From an uncultured Candidatus Saccharibacteria bacterium (GTDB lineage Bacteria; Patescibacteriota; Minisyncoccia; Phycocordibacterales; UBA918), in the NCBI GenBank assembly GCA_964492305.1, contig CAZBJN010000001.1:13926-59288 (forward strand): a stretch of 45,363 nucleotides of DNA, in the 5' to 3' direction. The translations under genes and the position numbers were made by a program. Under the pieces are notes generated by a model that was not told where the DNA came from, ran no database searches, and saw only the letters and a program-made list of their open reading frames with translations. Shown one piece after another: positions 1 to 8,369 of this stretch; within the stretch, counting starts at the first letter, position 1; each line of letters opens with the position of its first letter.

Positions 1-76
1 CTTAGCCAGCAGCGGTACGCGTAAACAGTACCCCATACTGTTTACCCTTGTTAAGGAGAGGTACACAATCACATAT

Positions 77-149
77 GCGCCCATAGCTCAGCCGGTAGAG
101 CAGCTCCCTTTTAAGGAGAAGGTCCTAGGTTCGATCCCTAGTGGGCGCA
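77..149 (+). tRNA. tRNA-Lys, anticodon UUU
   Basis: Hand-folded cloverleaf: acceptor GCGCCCA/TGGGCGC, D-arm GCTC-AGCCGGTA-GAGC, anticodon loop CTTTTAA (TTT at positions 34-36), 5-nt variable loop, T-arm CTAGG-TTCGATC-CCTAG, discriminator A. CCA is not encoded. Confidence 0.9.
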
Positions 150-156
150 CAGACGA

Positions 157-200
157 AAAACATAAAACCTCAAGTCACCTGACTTGAGGTTTTATGTTTT
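157..200 (+). terminator. intrinsic terminator after tRNA-Lys
   Basis: About 21-bp perfect inverted repeat aaaacataaaacctcaagtca / tgacttgaggttttatgtttt, ending in a T-run. Confidence 0.8.
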
Positions 201-480
201 AGCACCTGCCCTGCGGCAGGTGCGACGTCTGTGCGAACCGCAGCGATGCCGGAGGCGAGCGAGGTGGGGTCGAGAACACTTAGTAGATTTGGAGCAGAGC
301 GAACAAATATACTTAGTGATTCGTGACCACAGAAGAAAGTCGAGATTTATTAGTAACCTGTGACCACAATTTAAAACACAGGTAAGGTGTACAGCCCCTG
401 TTAAGGGGAGATACCCCTAGTGGCGACAAATATACTTAGATAAAAACTCTCTGGGAGATAGTTTTATCGTGACCACGTGC
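201..480. repeat. non-coding block with a GC hairpin and short direct repeats
   Basis: 9-bp GC hairpin gcacctgcc-ctgc-ggcaggtgc (202-223). acaaatatacttag occurs twice (303-316, 426-439). gtgaccac occurs three times (323-330, 360-367, 469-476). The 20-mer cccctgttaaggggagatac (395-414) matches 17/20 with 45-64 upstream of the tRNA. Confidence 0.6.
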
Positions 481-552
481 GCCCCTTGCCTTATCAATAA
501 ATCAATGGCATAGTATGCGTCATCTGTTCTTCCCTAACTTAGGAGTTCTTCC

Positions 553-954
553 ATGGAAATCGTACTTCCTTCTGGCAAACTGTGGCGTAACTTGCTCGTC
601 TATACGCACAATTACGGCAGTGCCTTTCAAGGCCTTGCACTGCGTGAACTTGAGGACAACATGATCCTCCTGTTCAGCTTTTACAACGCAAGGACATTTT
701 CCCACCCGAAGGAAAAATGTCAGCCGATTGAAAAGCGCAGAGATTTACCCATCATGTGCAAGGAGAATTTTTGGGACGGCATCATTGTGTTCTGGAGGGA
801 CACCCCCGGCCGAGCCATCAAAGAGGGTCGACTCGACCCTGATACACGGGAGTGCGAATTTTTCTTCCGAGACCAAAAGGAGGAAGAGCGCCAAAAACCT
901 TGGATGCCCATTTGCCACTGCCAACTGATTGGACATGTGGACGCAGTCCTTTGA
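553..954 (+). CDS. hypothetical protein (GC-rich orphan cassette)
   Basis: 133-aa ORF with SD AGGAG at 541-545, 7 nt before the ATG. A terminator hairpin follows directly. The sampled stretch 781-840 is 60% GC. No family recognised. Confidence 0.45.
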   Translation: MEIVLPSGKLWRNLLVYTHNYGSAFQGLALRELEDNMILLFSFYNARTFSHPKEKCQPIEKRRDLPIMCKENFWDGIIVFWRDTPGRAIKEGRLDPDTRECEFFFRDQKEEERQKPWMPICHCQLIGHVDAVL

Positions 955-960
955 ACCACG

Positions 961-991
961 GCTGCGAATTTATTCGCGGCCGCTTTCTTTT
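961..991. terminator. bidirectional intrinsic terminator
   Basis: gctgcgaa-ttta-ttcgcggc hairpin followed by cgctttctttt, lying between convergent ORFs 553-954 (+) and 990-1691 (-). Confidence 0.6.
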
Positions 992-1691
992 ATAATGTAA
1001 GCACCCACTCCTCTAGCGCAATATCCAAATCCCGCTCCCCTCTATGCCCCTCATGATAGAGAGTAAGTAAGGCACGTGACTTTTGTTCTACCAATTCAAG
1101 CGGAAAAGTCCTAAGCGCACTTTTAGCTTTCTTGTATGGATAGTCTTTCATGCCTGCCTCTTCTGGGGTGCGGGTCAGTGCGGCTAGACGGATTGATTTT
1201 AGCTGCCACCAAAAGGTACCGATGATTTCTTCAGCCGCTAAATTATTTTGTTTTGCTTCTTGATACAAGAGCCAAAGACTGCGCTTGTCTCGAAGTGCGA
1301 GCGCATCCGCCATCACAAAGGGATTAAATTTAGCTGTAGCGGATTTTTTGTATTCTTCTACCACTGAGGCATGTTTAGCGATTTTCTTTTTCTCGGCCGC
1401 GAGCATATCACCTTCTATCACAATGAATGTATGCACCGACTCACCTAGCACTGGAAGGGCGGCCATGAAGTCTTCCTGAAATACAGCATCTGAAGCTGGA
1501 GACTCCAAAAGATAAACCTCGCTTGGCGCAAACAAAGACACACTTGAACCTAAAGCTAATAACTGCCCAGGCTCGTACGCCTCTGCCTCGATTCGCAGAC
1601 ACTCTGCCCCTTCCGGCAAAACCGCATCGATAGCTAAGTGGGCTTGTTGCCGCGCCTTTACTTGGTCAGATCCGTAAAATACTTGAAGCAT
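990..1691 (-). CDS. holA: DNA polymerase III delta subunit-like protein (short form)
   Basis: 233-aa ORF immediately downstream of polA. The N-terminus VFYGSDQ and the helical C-terminal half resemble short delta subunits. The call rests on weak resemblance and context. Confidence 0.45.
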   Translation of the reverse strand: MLQVFYGSDQVKARQQAHLAIDAVLPEGAECLRIEAEAYEPGQLLALGSSVSLFAPSEVYLLESPASDAVFQEDFMAALPVLGESVHTFIVIEGDMLAAEKKKIAKHASVVEEYKKSATAKFNPFVMADALALRDKRSLWLLYQEAKQNNLAAEEIIGTFWWQLKSIRLAALTRTPEEAGMKDYPYKKAKSALRTFPLELVEQKSRALLTLYHEGHRGERDLDIALEEWVLTL

Positions 1692-1698
1692 GTGGTAC

Positions 1699-4086
1699 TT
1701 ATTTTTTATCCTCTAGGTCAGCCCAGTTCGGACCGACTGCTACATCAACTTTTATTGGGACTCCAAAACTCTCTTTGCCTTTCATCACTCCTTCCATGAG
1801 ACCAACTAGAACTGGAATTTCTTTATCTAACAATTCATTTTTAATTTCAAACACTAATTCATCGTGTACTTGGAGCAACATTCGAATGTCACCCAACTTC
1901 TGACTCTCTTTAAGATATCCATACACTTCATTCATAGCGATTCGCATCACGTCAGCGGCCGTACCCTGGATTGGGGCGTTGATAGCCATTCGTTCTGCTT
2001 GCGCACGAATAAACGGCGCGTGCGAACTAATGCCAGGGAAATGACGACGACGACCAAATAGCGTTTCCGTGTAGCCGTTATCCCGCGCATATTGTTTGGT
2101 CTCTTCTAGATATTCAGCCAAGCGAGTAAAAGTATTGAAGTACGCATTTAAGAATTGTTGAGCTTCTTCGCGTGGAGTATCTCCACCTAGATTAGCCCGC
2201 AAAGCATTAACTCCCATACCATAAAGAATACCGAAGTTAATCACCTTGGCCTTGCGGCGCATTTCACTAGTTACTTCGCTCGGGTCAACTCCAAACACTC
2301 GCACTGCTACTCCAGTGTGAACGTCTTCACCGCGATTAAAGATATCAATAAGCTTCTCATCATGAGACATGATGGCAGCAATACGCAGTTCAATTTGCGA
2401 GTAGTCTATACCTACCATGGTGTAGCCTTTATCAGCCACAAACGCTCGCCTAATAGCGATACTCTCTTTGGTACGCACTGGAATGTTCTGCAAATTTGGA
2501 TCGCGTGAACCCATGCGACCCGTGGTTGTACCCGTCTGCAAAAAAGTAGTTCTGATTCTGCCGTCATCACTTACTTGCAGTGGCAATGTATCAGCGTAGG
2601 TTGAGACCAGTTTTTGTAATTCTCGGTAGCGCAACAATAGTGGGATGATGACATGTTCATCACGTAACTTCTCCAGTTCTGATTCTTTAGTAGAGCGTTG
2701 CCCGCCAGCTGTCTTCTTTTGATTCTTAGGCTTTAGCGCTAACGCATCAAACAACACCTCACCAAGCTGCTTTGGTGAATTAATATTAAACTCCATTCCT
2801 GCCTGCTCATAAATAGACAGCTTCAAAGCGTCTAACTCAGTATGCATCTCAGTTGCCAAAGTCTTTAGGTAAGGAACATCCAGCGCAATGCCAGTTTTGT
2901 TGATGGTTGTAATCGCCTCCTGGAGAGGTAGTTCGATTTTTTCATACACGTACTTAAGACCCGGCTCCGCCTCTACCTTTGCCAACAACTTTGCTTTGAT
3001 ATCAGCAAAATTATTTGTCTCTAGATAGGCTCGTCCATAATCAACAATGTCTTCAAAAGTTGGGTTGGTTCGCTCACTTTCTAAGAGCCAAAGTAAGATG
3101 CCGGTTTCGTGGACCTCAGCATTACTAACACCAGCTGTACTAGCTTCAATTACCGCCTCAGGTGAAAGCTTAAGCGCGGTCCGGACGCGAGTGCCAAGGG
3201 TTCGAAAACCAAGTTCACTAAAGAGGGTGATGATTTTTTCAGGATCTGCTTCTTCACGCCAACTTTTGGCTGGTAGTTCAAATTTTACTGGCACGTCAAT
3301 GCGAATGGTCGCGAGCATTTTAGAAAAGCGGGCCTCCTCCTCCCCTTCTTTAAGTAGTTTTACGATACGTGGTTTTATCCCAGCCTCAAGAAATGCCTCT
3401 TCGCCTTTCTTTAGTTTTTTATAAATAGCATCAATACCACCAAACTGAACAATCAAATCAGTACCAGTTTTTTCGCCAATACCAACAATACCTGGAATGT
3501 TGTCTGAGGTATCTCCTCGCAGACCTTTGTAGTCTGGTACCAGTTTTGGCGGAAAACCAAAGCGTTCTTTAACCGCTGCTTCATCATATAAAATTGTATC
3601 TTTGATTCCCTTCTTGAGGGTATAGACTTGGACTCGCTTACCATCCACACACTGCATCGTGTCCATATCACCAGAGGCAATAATAATCTCTAAATCTTTT
3701 TGCTCTTTGGTTTGAAAGGCGATGGTACCGAGAAGGTCGTCCGCTTCAAAGCCAACCTTTTCATAAATAGGAATACCGAACGCAGCAAAGATATCGCGAG
3801 AGCGAATAATCTGCGAGACGAGAGTGTCGTCGGTTTTTTCTCGTTTGGCTTTATAGCCAGCAAAAGCGTCGTGGCGGTAAGTTGGTTCGGGTAAGTCAAA
3901 ACACGCCACCATATAATCTGGCTGGAAGTCTTCAACAATCTTCAAGACCATTGAGACTACACCGTAGAGAGCACCAGTCGGTTCTCCGTTCGGGGCTGTG
4001 AAGTCTGGAAGGGCGTGGTAAGCGCGATGTAAAATCGCATGCGCATCAAGGAGGATGAGTCGTTTTTTGGTGGTTTTGGAAGTCAC
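1699..4086 (-). CDS. polA: DNA polymerase I
   Basis: 5'-nuclease N-terminus (LILLDAHAILHRAYHA). Family-A motifs DYSQIELRIAA, RRKAKVINFGILYGMG and QVHDELVFE. GTG start at 4086. At 795 aa the central region is short, so a proofreading domain is probably vestigial. Confidence 0.95.
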   Translation of the reverse strand: MTSKTTKKRLILLDAHAILHRAYHALPDFTAPNGEPTGALYGVVSMVLKIVEDFQPDYMVACFDLPEPTYRHDAFAGYKAKREKTDDTLVSQIIRSRDIFAAFGIPIYEKVGFEADDLLGTIAFQTKEQKDLEIIIASGDMDTMQCVDGKRVQVYTLKKGIKDTILYDEAAVKERFGFPPKLVPDYKGLRGDTSDNIPGIVGIGEKTGTDLIVQFGGIDAIYKKLKKGEEAFLEAGIKPRIVKLLKEGEEEARFSKMLATIRIDVPVKFELPAKSWREEADPEKIITLFSELGFRTLGTRVRTALKLSPEAVIEASTAGVSNAEVHETGILLWLLESERTNPTFEDIVDYGRAYLETNNFADIKAKLLAKVEAEPGLKYVYEKIELPLQEAITTINKTGIALDVPYLKTLATEMHTELDALKLSIYEQAGMEFNINSPKQLGEVLFDALALKPKNQKKTAGGQRSTKESELEKLRDEHVIIPLLLRYRELQKLVSTYADTLPLQVSDDGRIRTTFLQTGTTTGRMGSRDPNLQNIPVRTKESIAIRRAFVADKGYTMVGIDYSQIELRIAAIMSHDEKLIDIFNRGEDVHTGVAVRVFGVDPSEVTSEMRRKAKVINFGILYGMGVNALRANLGGDTPREEAQQFLNAYFNTFTRLAEYLEETKQYARDNGYTETLFGRRRHFPGISSHAPFIRAQAERMAINAPIQGTAADVMRIAMNEVYGYLKESQKLGDIRMLLQVHDELVFEIKNELLDKEIPVLVGLMEGVMKGKESFGVPIKVDVAVGPNWADLEDKK

Positions 4087-4129
4087 ACTATCAGTATACT
4101 TATTTTTCGGAGGCTCTGCACTAGAGTGG

Positions 4130-4585
4130 CTATTTTCCGTGATGGTAGGTTATTTGGCGAACGTTTGCATCGGGCATTGTTAAAGCCAGGAAGTGAGTGT
4201 TCTCTGGCAAGGCTTCATAAATTCTCTCCGCCCACTCAATACAGATAAGGGTGTTTGGTTGCTGCATAATTTCAGCCAAACGAAGTGGGCGTAGCTCGTC
4301 CTCCTCTTCAATCCGATAAGCATCCATATGGATGAGAGTTGTGAAAGGTGCACCAGGCGCAGTCTCATACCCTTTCATGATAGTAAAAGTTGGACTAGTG
4401 ACCACATCTGTCACCCCAAGGAGTCTGGCTAGAGTCTGGACGAAGGTCGTTTTACCCGCGCCTAAATCTCCAGATATGCCAACAACTACTGCGCCTTTTA
4501 CCTCAGACTTAGAAATTTCATTCAAAAACAGCTCCGCAAATTGCGCGAGCTCATCTAGAGTAGTGATAGTGTGTGTCTTTTCCAT
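4130..4585 (-). CDS. tsaE: tRNA t6A37 biosynthesis ATPase TsaE (YjeE)
   Basis: GDLGAGKTTFVQ P-loop and SPTFTIMKGYE motif. Start moved to MEKTH (4585) because TACAAT sits exactly 6 nt upstream; the track ORF extends to 4636. Confidence 0.85.
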   Translation of the reverse strand: MEKTHTITTLDELAQFAELFLNEISKSEVKGAVVVGISGDLGAGKTTFVQTLARLLGVTDVVTSPTFTIMKGYETAPGAPFTTLIHMDAYRIEEEDELRPLRLAEIMQQPNTLICIEWAERIYEALPENTHFLALTMPDANVRQITYHHGK

Positions 4586-4605
4586 AGACGTATTGTACAG
4601 ATTTC

Positions 4606-4643
4606 TAAAATAAAAACAGCCACACATGACGAGCATGGTGGCT
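4606..4643 (-). terminator. intrinsic terminator of the lipoprotein gene
   Basis: agccacacatg...catggtggct hairpin, followed on the minus strand by a tttttatttt run. Confidence 0.55.
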
Positions 4644-4666
4644 ATTGTTCGGTTGGACCGCTGAAT

Positions 4667-5032
4667 TCACTTCTCACAGCCTTTCACGAGGGCCGTGGCC
4701 GTGGTCCGGAAGGAAGACCATTCTTCCTTCTTAGCTTCTTTGTAGAGCGCTTTGCACTCTTCGCGCTTCGCGGAAGCAGTTCCTTTCTGGTTCCCAGACG
4801 CCACGTTCGCGGCGTCGTCTTCGTAACTCAGCATCGCCGCCAACGCCAAGCCTGGCCCAACAAAAGGAACAGCAACGAGGCCAACGCCAGTGGCAACAGC
4901 TCCAGCGCCCAACACCTTGGTTCTGGTGCTGATTCCGTCATTTTTTGTGTTGCCCGTCAAGGACATGCCAGCGCAGCCGGACAGGAAAACCGAAGCAGCC
5001 AAGATGGCAACCGAGAGTTTGATGAATCGCAT
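4667..5032 (-). CDS. small lipoprotein with glycine-zipper segment (GC-rich orphan cassette)
   Basis: MRFIKLSVAILAASVFLSGC signal peptide with lipobox. Gly/Ala-rich stretch GAGAVATGVGLVAVPFVGPGLALAA. SD AAGGA lies 8 nt upstream of the ATG at 5032. 4681-4800 is 55-57% GC by hand count. Confidence 0.6.
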   Translation of the reverse strand: MRFIKLSVAILAASVFLSGCAGMSLTGNTKNDGISTRTKVLGAGAVATGVGLVAVPFVGPGLALAAMLSYEDDAANVASGNQKGTASAKREECKALYKEAKKEEWSSFRTTATALVKGCEK

Positions 5033-5177
5033 GATTCGTGTCCTTTCGAGGAACAGTTTGAACAAGGATGGGAGGAGAAATTACCAACAACTATTATACA
5101 TATTTTTTAGGAAAAAGCAAGTGTCTCCCCACTTCTTTGGGTCACCGCCGTATCTTGCGTGATACAATAAATTAACT

Positions 5178-6914
5178 ATGGTTCAATTTAATGATTCATT
5201 TACTAATTCTCGTATTGAAATACTAAGGCGAGATGAAGAAGAAAAGTTGGTGCAAGCCTTGGCTCCTCAATATGGCTTTGAATACATAAATCTTCGTGGC
5301 TACACCATCAACCCTGAAGCTTTGGGTACTTGCCCAGAGAAGAAGGCTAGGGCTGCCAAACTAGTTGTTTTTGACATGACCCACAAATCTCTCTCGGTTG
5401 CTGTCCAAACCCCAAATAACCCTGTAACTCTCCAACTCCTTGAAGAACTCCAAAACGACCGTCGCGACCTTCATGTCTTCATGTGTTCAATGGGTAGCCT
5501 AGAGCATGCCTGGAAGCGCTACGCAGACCTAGTTGCTTCAAACGCTGAGAAACGTGGTGTATTTGATATCAGTTCTGAAGACATCATTAACTTTAGTAAA
5601 CTTATTACCAAAAAAGACGATGTGTCGGCACAGATGGCCAAAATCAGCACCATGAATAACTCGAGGCGAATTACTGAGACTCTCGAGCTTATGCTGGCTG
5701 GAGCTCTTGGTCTCCGCGCCTCAGACATTCACATCGAACCAGAACAAAACGTTATCCGCATGCGATACCGACTCGATGGTGTACTTCACGATGTGTTTGA
5801 TATTGACCGATATATTTATGAGCGTTTGATGTCTCGACTCAAACTCCTTTCTGGAATGACTTTAAACCAGAAGAACGAAGCTCAAGACGGCCGCTTCACC
5901 TTTGAGGTGGGCGAACAAGAAATTGATGTACGTGCCTCTATCATTCCAGGCGCCTCTGGTGAATCAATAGTAATGCGCCTTTTGGATGCCGGGGTGGCTG
6001 GATTTACGCTTGATAAAATTAAGCTAAACGCTCGACTGCAGGAGATTATGGTAACTGAACTCAAGAAGCCAAATGGTCTTATTGTAACTACCGGTCCAAC
6101 AGGATCTGGAAAGACCACTGCCCTTTACGCCTTCTTGCGTGAGACCCATAAGGAAGGGGTTAAAATCATTACCATTGAAAACCCGGTTGAATACAAGATT
6201 GAAGGTATTGTGCAAACTCAAACCAGTGACGAGTACACTTTTTCATCTGGACTAAGAGCCATTCTTCGTCAGGACCCTGACGTAATTTTGGTTGGAGAAA
6301 TTCGTGACCGTGAGGTAGCAGAGACAGCTCTACATGCTGCTCAGACCGGACACTTGGTGTTCTCTACCCTTCACGCCAACAACGCTGCGGCGGCTTTCCC
6401 TCGACTGATTGACCTTGGGGTTGATCCACGCGTACTGGGAACATCTATTAATATTATTCTCGGCCAACGTTTGGTGCGTGTACTGTGTGATGACTGTAAG
6501 GTGGCCTACCCTGCTTCTCCGGCTGAAGTCCAGACCATAAAACAAACTCTAGCCACCCACCCAGGACACATTGAGGTTATTGAACCACTAACTCTTTATA
6601 AGGCAGTTGGTTGTCCTGTCTGCCGAAACACTGGCTACAAGGGTCGCCTTGGAATCTTTGAAGCCATCAAGATGGATGAAGCAGTGGAAGAGGCGGTTAT
6701 CCGTGATCCACGCGAACACATCATCCTTGAGGCTGCCGCTCCACAACAAATTCCAAGCATGCTACAAGACGGTATGGAAAAAGTTATTGCCGGAATTACT
6801 TCACTTGATGAACTTGAGCGAGTGATTGAAATCCCTCTCACTGCAGACACACCAGCCGAAGCGATTGAACCAGGCGATGATACCGACACCTTCCTCGCTC
6901 ACATCGTTACTTAA
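5178..6914 (+). CDS. pilB: type IV pilus / type II secretion assembly ATPase (PilB/GspE family)
   Basis: Walker A GPTGSGKTT, Walker B/Asp-box region ILVGEIRD, His-box TGHLVFSTLH, tetracysteine CDDCK...CPVCRNTGYKGR. Confidence 0.9.
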   Translation: MVQFNDSFTNSRIEILRRDEEEKLVQALAPQYGFEYINLRGYTINPEALGTCPEKKARAAKLVVFDMTHKSLSVAVQTPNNPVTLQLLEELQNDRRDLHVFMCSMGSLEHAWKRYADLVASNAEKRGVFDISSEDIINFSKLITKKDDVSAQMAKISTMNNSRRITETLELMLAGALGLRASDIHIEPEQNVIRMRYRLDGVLHDVFDIDRYIYERLMSRLKLLSGMTLNQKNEAQDGRFTFEVGEQEIDVRASIIPGASGESIVMRLLDAGVAGFTLDKIKLNARLQEIMVTELKKPNGLIVTTGPTGSGKTTALYAFLRETHKEGVKIITIENPVEYKIEGIVQTQTSDEYTFSSGLRAILRQDPDVILVGEIRDREVAETALHAAQTGHLVFSTLHANNAAAAFPRLIDLGVDPRVLGTSINIILGQRLVRVLCDDCKVAYPASPAEVQTIKQTLATHPGHIEVIEPLTLYKAVGCPVCRNTGYKGRLGIFEAIKMDEAVEEAVIRDPREHIILEAAAPQQIPSMLQDGMEKVIAGITSLDELERVIEIPLTADTPAEAIEPGDDTDTFLAHIVT

Positions 6915-6947
6915 AAACTCTTCTGACCGCCCGGTAGTCTGAAATAC

Positions 6948-6974
6948 AAAAAACAGCTGGTCAAGCTGTTTTTT
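6948..6974 (+). terminator. intrinsic terminator after pilB
   Basis: aaaaaacagct-ggtca-agctgtttttt hairpin. Confidence 0.75.
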
Positions 6975-7016
6975 AATACATCTATGCTATAGTCGATTTA
7001 ACGTCGTTCTTGAGGG

Positions 7017-7214
7017 GGAAAATTCCAGAATATAACTCTCTAAGCAAGCTTCCGCATTGAAAGTGAACACCGCGCTAAGAGAAATTTTGCAGCACCCTCA
7101 CTCTAGGTGAGAGCCACAAAAACCTCGCAACGTGCTCAGGTTGCTTAGAGAGTTATCCTCTGGAATATAAGGTGCGGAAGATGCCTGTGAAGGCTTCTTG
7201 GAGAACGTTTTACA
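7017..7214 (-). ncRNA. candidate ~200-nt structured RNA of unknown class
   Basis: A 26-bp inverted repeat (7022-7047 / 7141-7166; 24 complementary pairs and 2 mismatches, one of which becomes G-U on the minus strand) encloses a 93-nt interior with its own hairpin (ctcac-tctag-gtgag). On the minus strand it is followed by UUU and preceded by a consensus promoter. No ORF longer than 5 codons. No Rfam family recognised by eye. Confidence 0.4.
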
Positions 7215-7220
7215 TTTTCT

Positions 7221-7249
7221 ATACTAGCACACTTATAATTTTTTGTCAA
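7221..7249 (-). promoter_or_regulatory. sigma-70-like promoter, TTGACA-17-TAGTAT
   Basis: On the minus strand, TTGACA at 7249..7244, a 17-nt spacer, and TAGTAT at 7226..7221. It points into the inverted-repeat element, with no CDS downstream on that strand. Confidence 0.45.
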
Positions 7250-7364
7250 TACTTTCTCTTGCCGTTTCTTCTCTGTTCCCTCTTTTCATCTAAATGTACC
7301 CTTATTTATATGGGTATTATCACATTTAACCCACTTTTCAATAATAATTTGGTAGAATAGCGTT

Positions 7365-8357
7365 ATGCAAAAACCAGTTACTCGTGAAGAAGGCGGCAAC
7401 CTTGATCAGACCTTACGCCCCCAGACCTGGGAAGAGTATATTGGTCAAACCAAAATCAAAGAGAACCTCCGCATCCTACTTACCGCCGCTCGTGAGCGCG
7501 GACACGCCGCCGAACATATTCTCCTCTACGGACCACCAGGACTTGGCAAGACCACCTTGGCTCACCTCATCTCAAAGACGCTTGGTACCAACATGCGCAC
7601 CACTTCTGGTCCAGCTATTGAGCGAGTGGGAGACCTAGCCGCTATCCTCACCAACCTCTCACCAGGTGATGTTCTCTTTATTGATGAAATCCATAGACTC
7701 TCCAAGAGCATCGAGGAGGTCCTCTACCCGGCCATGGAGTCTGGAGTACTTGATATCATTATAGGTAAAGGACCATCAGCTCGTACTGTACAGCTAGACT
7801 TGCCACCATTCACTTTAGTGGCTGCAACTACCCGCATCTCGATGCTATCTGCTCCACTACGATCTCGTTTCTCAGGCGGAACGTTTCGTCTAGAGTTTTA
7901 TGACGAGAGTGAGATTGCCGCTATCCTCACCCACTCAGCTGAGTTACTGGGTGTCGCGGCTGACGCAACAATCATGCGCTCGGTTGCTAGTCGCTGCAGA
8001 GCCACTCCTCGTACCGCCAACTACCTACTTAAGCGTTGTCGTGATATGGCCCAGTTGGATGGTGGCGTTTTAACTAACGACATTGTTCTGCGCACCTTTA
8101 ACCTACTTGAAATAGACAACCTCGGACTTGGTCGTCCTGATCGTGCCGTACTTGAAGCTATTATGCATAAATTTAATGGTGGGCCAGTTGGCCTAAATAC
8201 CATTGCCGCTGCCACTGGCGAAGAACAATCCACTATTGAAGACGTAATTGAACCTTACCTCATCCGCCTCGGACTACTGGAGCGGACGCCACGCGGGCGC
8301 ATCACCACCGCAGAAGCAGTCGCCCACATTGAGAATCACCTAGCCACACTTTCATAA
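7365..8357 (+). CDS. ruvB: Holliday junction branch migration ATPase RuvB
   Basis: [19 protein letters not shown] and a typical RuvB C-terminal winged helix. TGgTAGAAT ends 6 nt before the ATG. Confidence 0.95.
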   Translation: MQKPVTREEGGNLDQTLRPQTWEEYIGQTKIKENLRILLTAARERGHAAEHILLYGPPGLGKTTLAHLISKTLGTNMRTTSGPAIERVGDLAAILTNLSPGDVLFIDEIHRLSKSIEEVLYPAMESGVLDIIIGKGPSARTVQLDLPPFTLVAATTRISMLSAPLRSRFSGGTFRLEFYDESEIAAILTHSAELLGVAADATIMRSVASRCRATPRTANYLLKRCRDMAQLDGGVLTNDIVLRTFNLLEIDNLGLGRPDRAVLEAIMHKFNGGPVGLNTIAAATGEEQSTIEDVIEPYLIRLGLLERTPRGRITTAEAVAHIENHLATLS

Positions 8358-8369
8358 ACAACTCACTAT

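Noticed and set aside
331-439. RNase P RNA-like words (agaagaaagtcg resembling GAGGAAAGUCC; acaaatatacttag resembling the P4 3' strand; caggtaagg)
   Set aside because: The candidate P4 strands are only about 90 nt apart and pair over 4 bp. There is no room for the specificity domain or P15, so the resemblance is probably chance.
1864-4248. Numerous 60-125-aa ORFs antisense to or overlapping polA (similar cases lie inside pnp, the VirB6-like gene, the 536-aa protein and others)
   Set aside because: They are embedded in long, motif-supported genes on the opposite strand or in other frames, with no independent signals.
4571-5162. 179-aa and 90-aa plus-strand ORFs opposite the lipoprotein gene
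   Set aside because: The high GC of this cassette keeps antisense frames open. The minus-strand frame has the SD, the signal peptide/lipobox and the terminator.
7172-7360. 62-aa plus-strand ORF upstream of ruvB
   Set aside because: It lies in an AT-rich promoter region. The product is low-complexity and Phe/Leu-rich, there is no SD, and it overlaps promoter elements on both strands.
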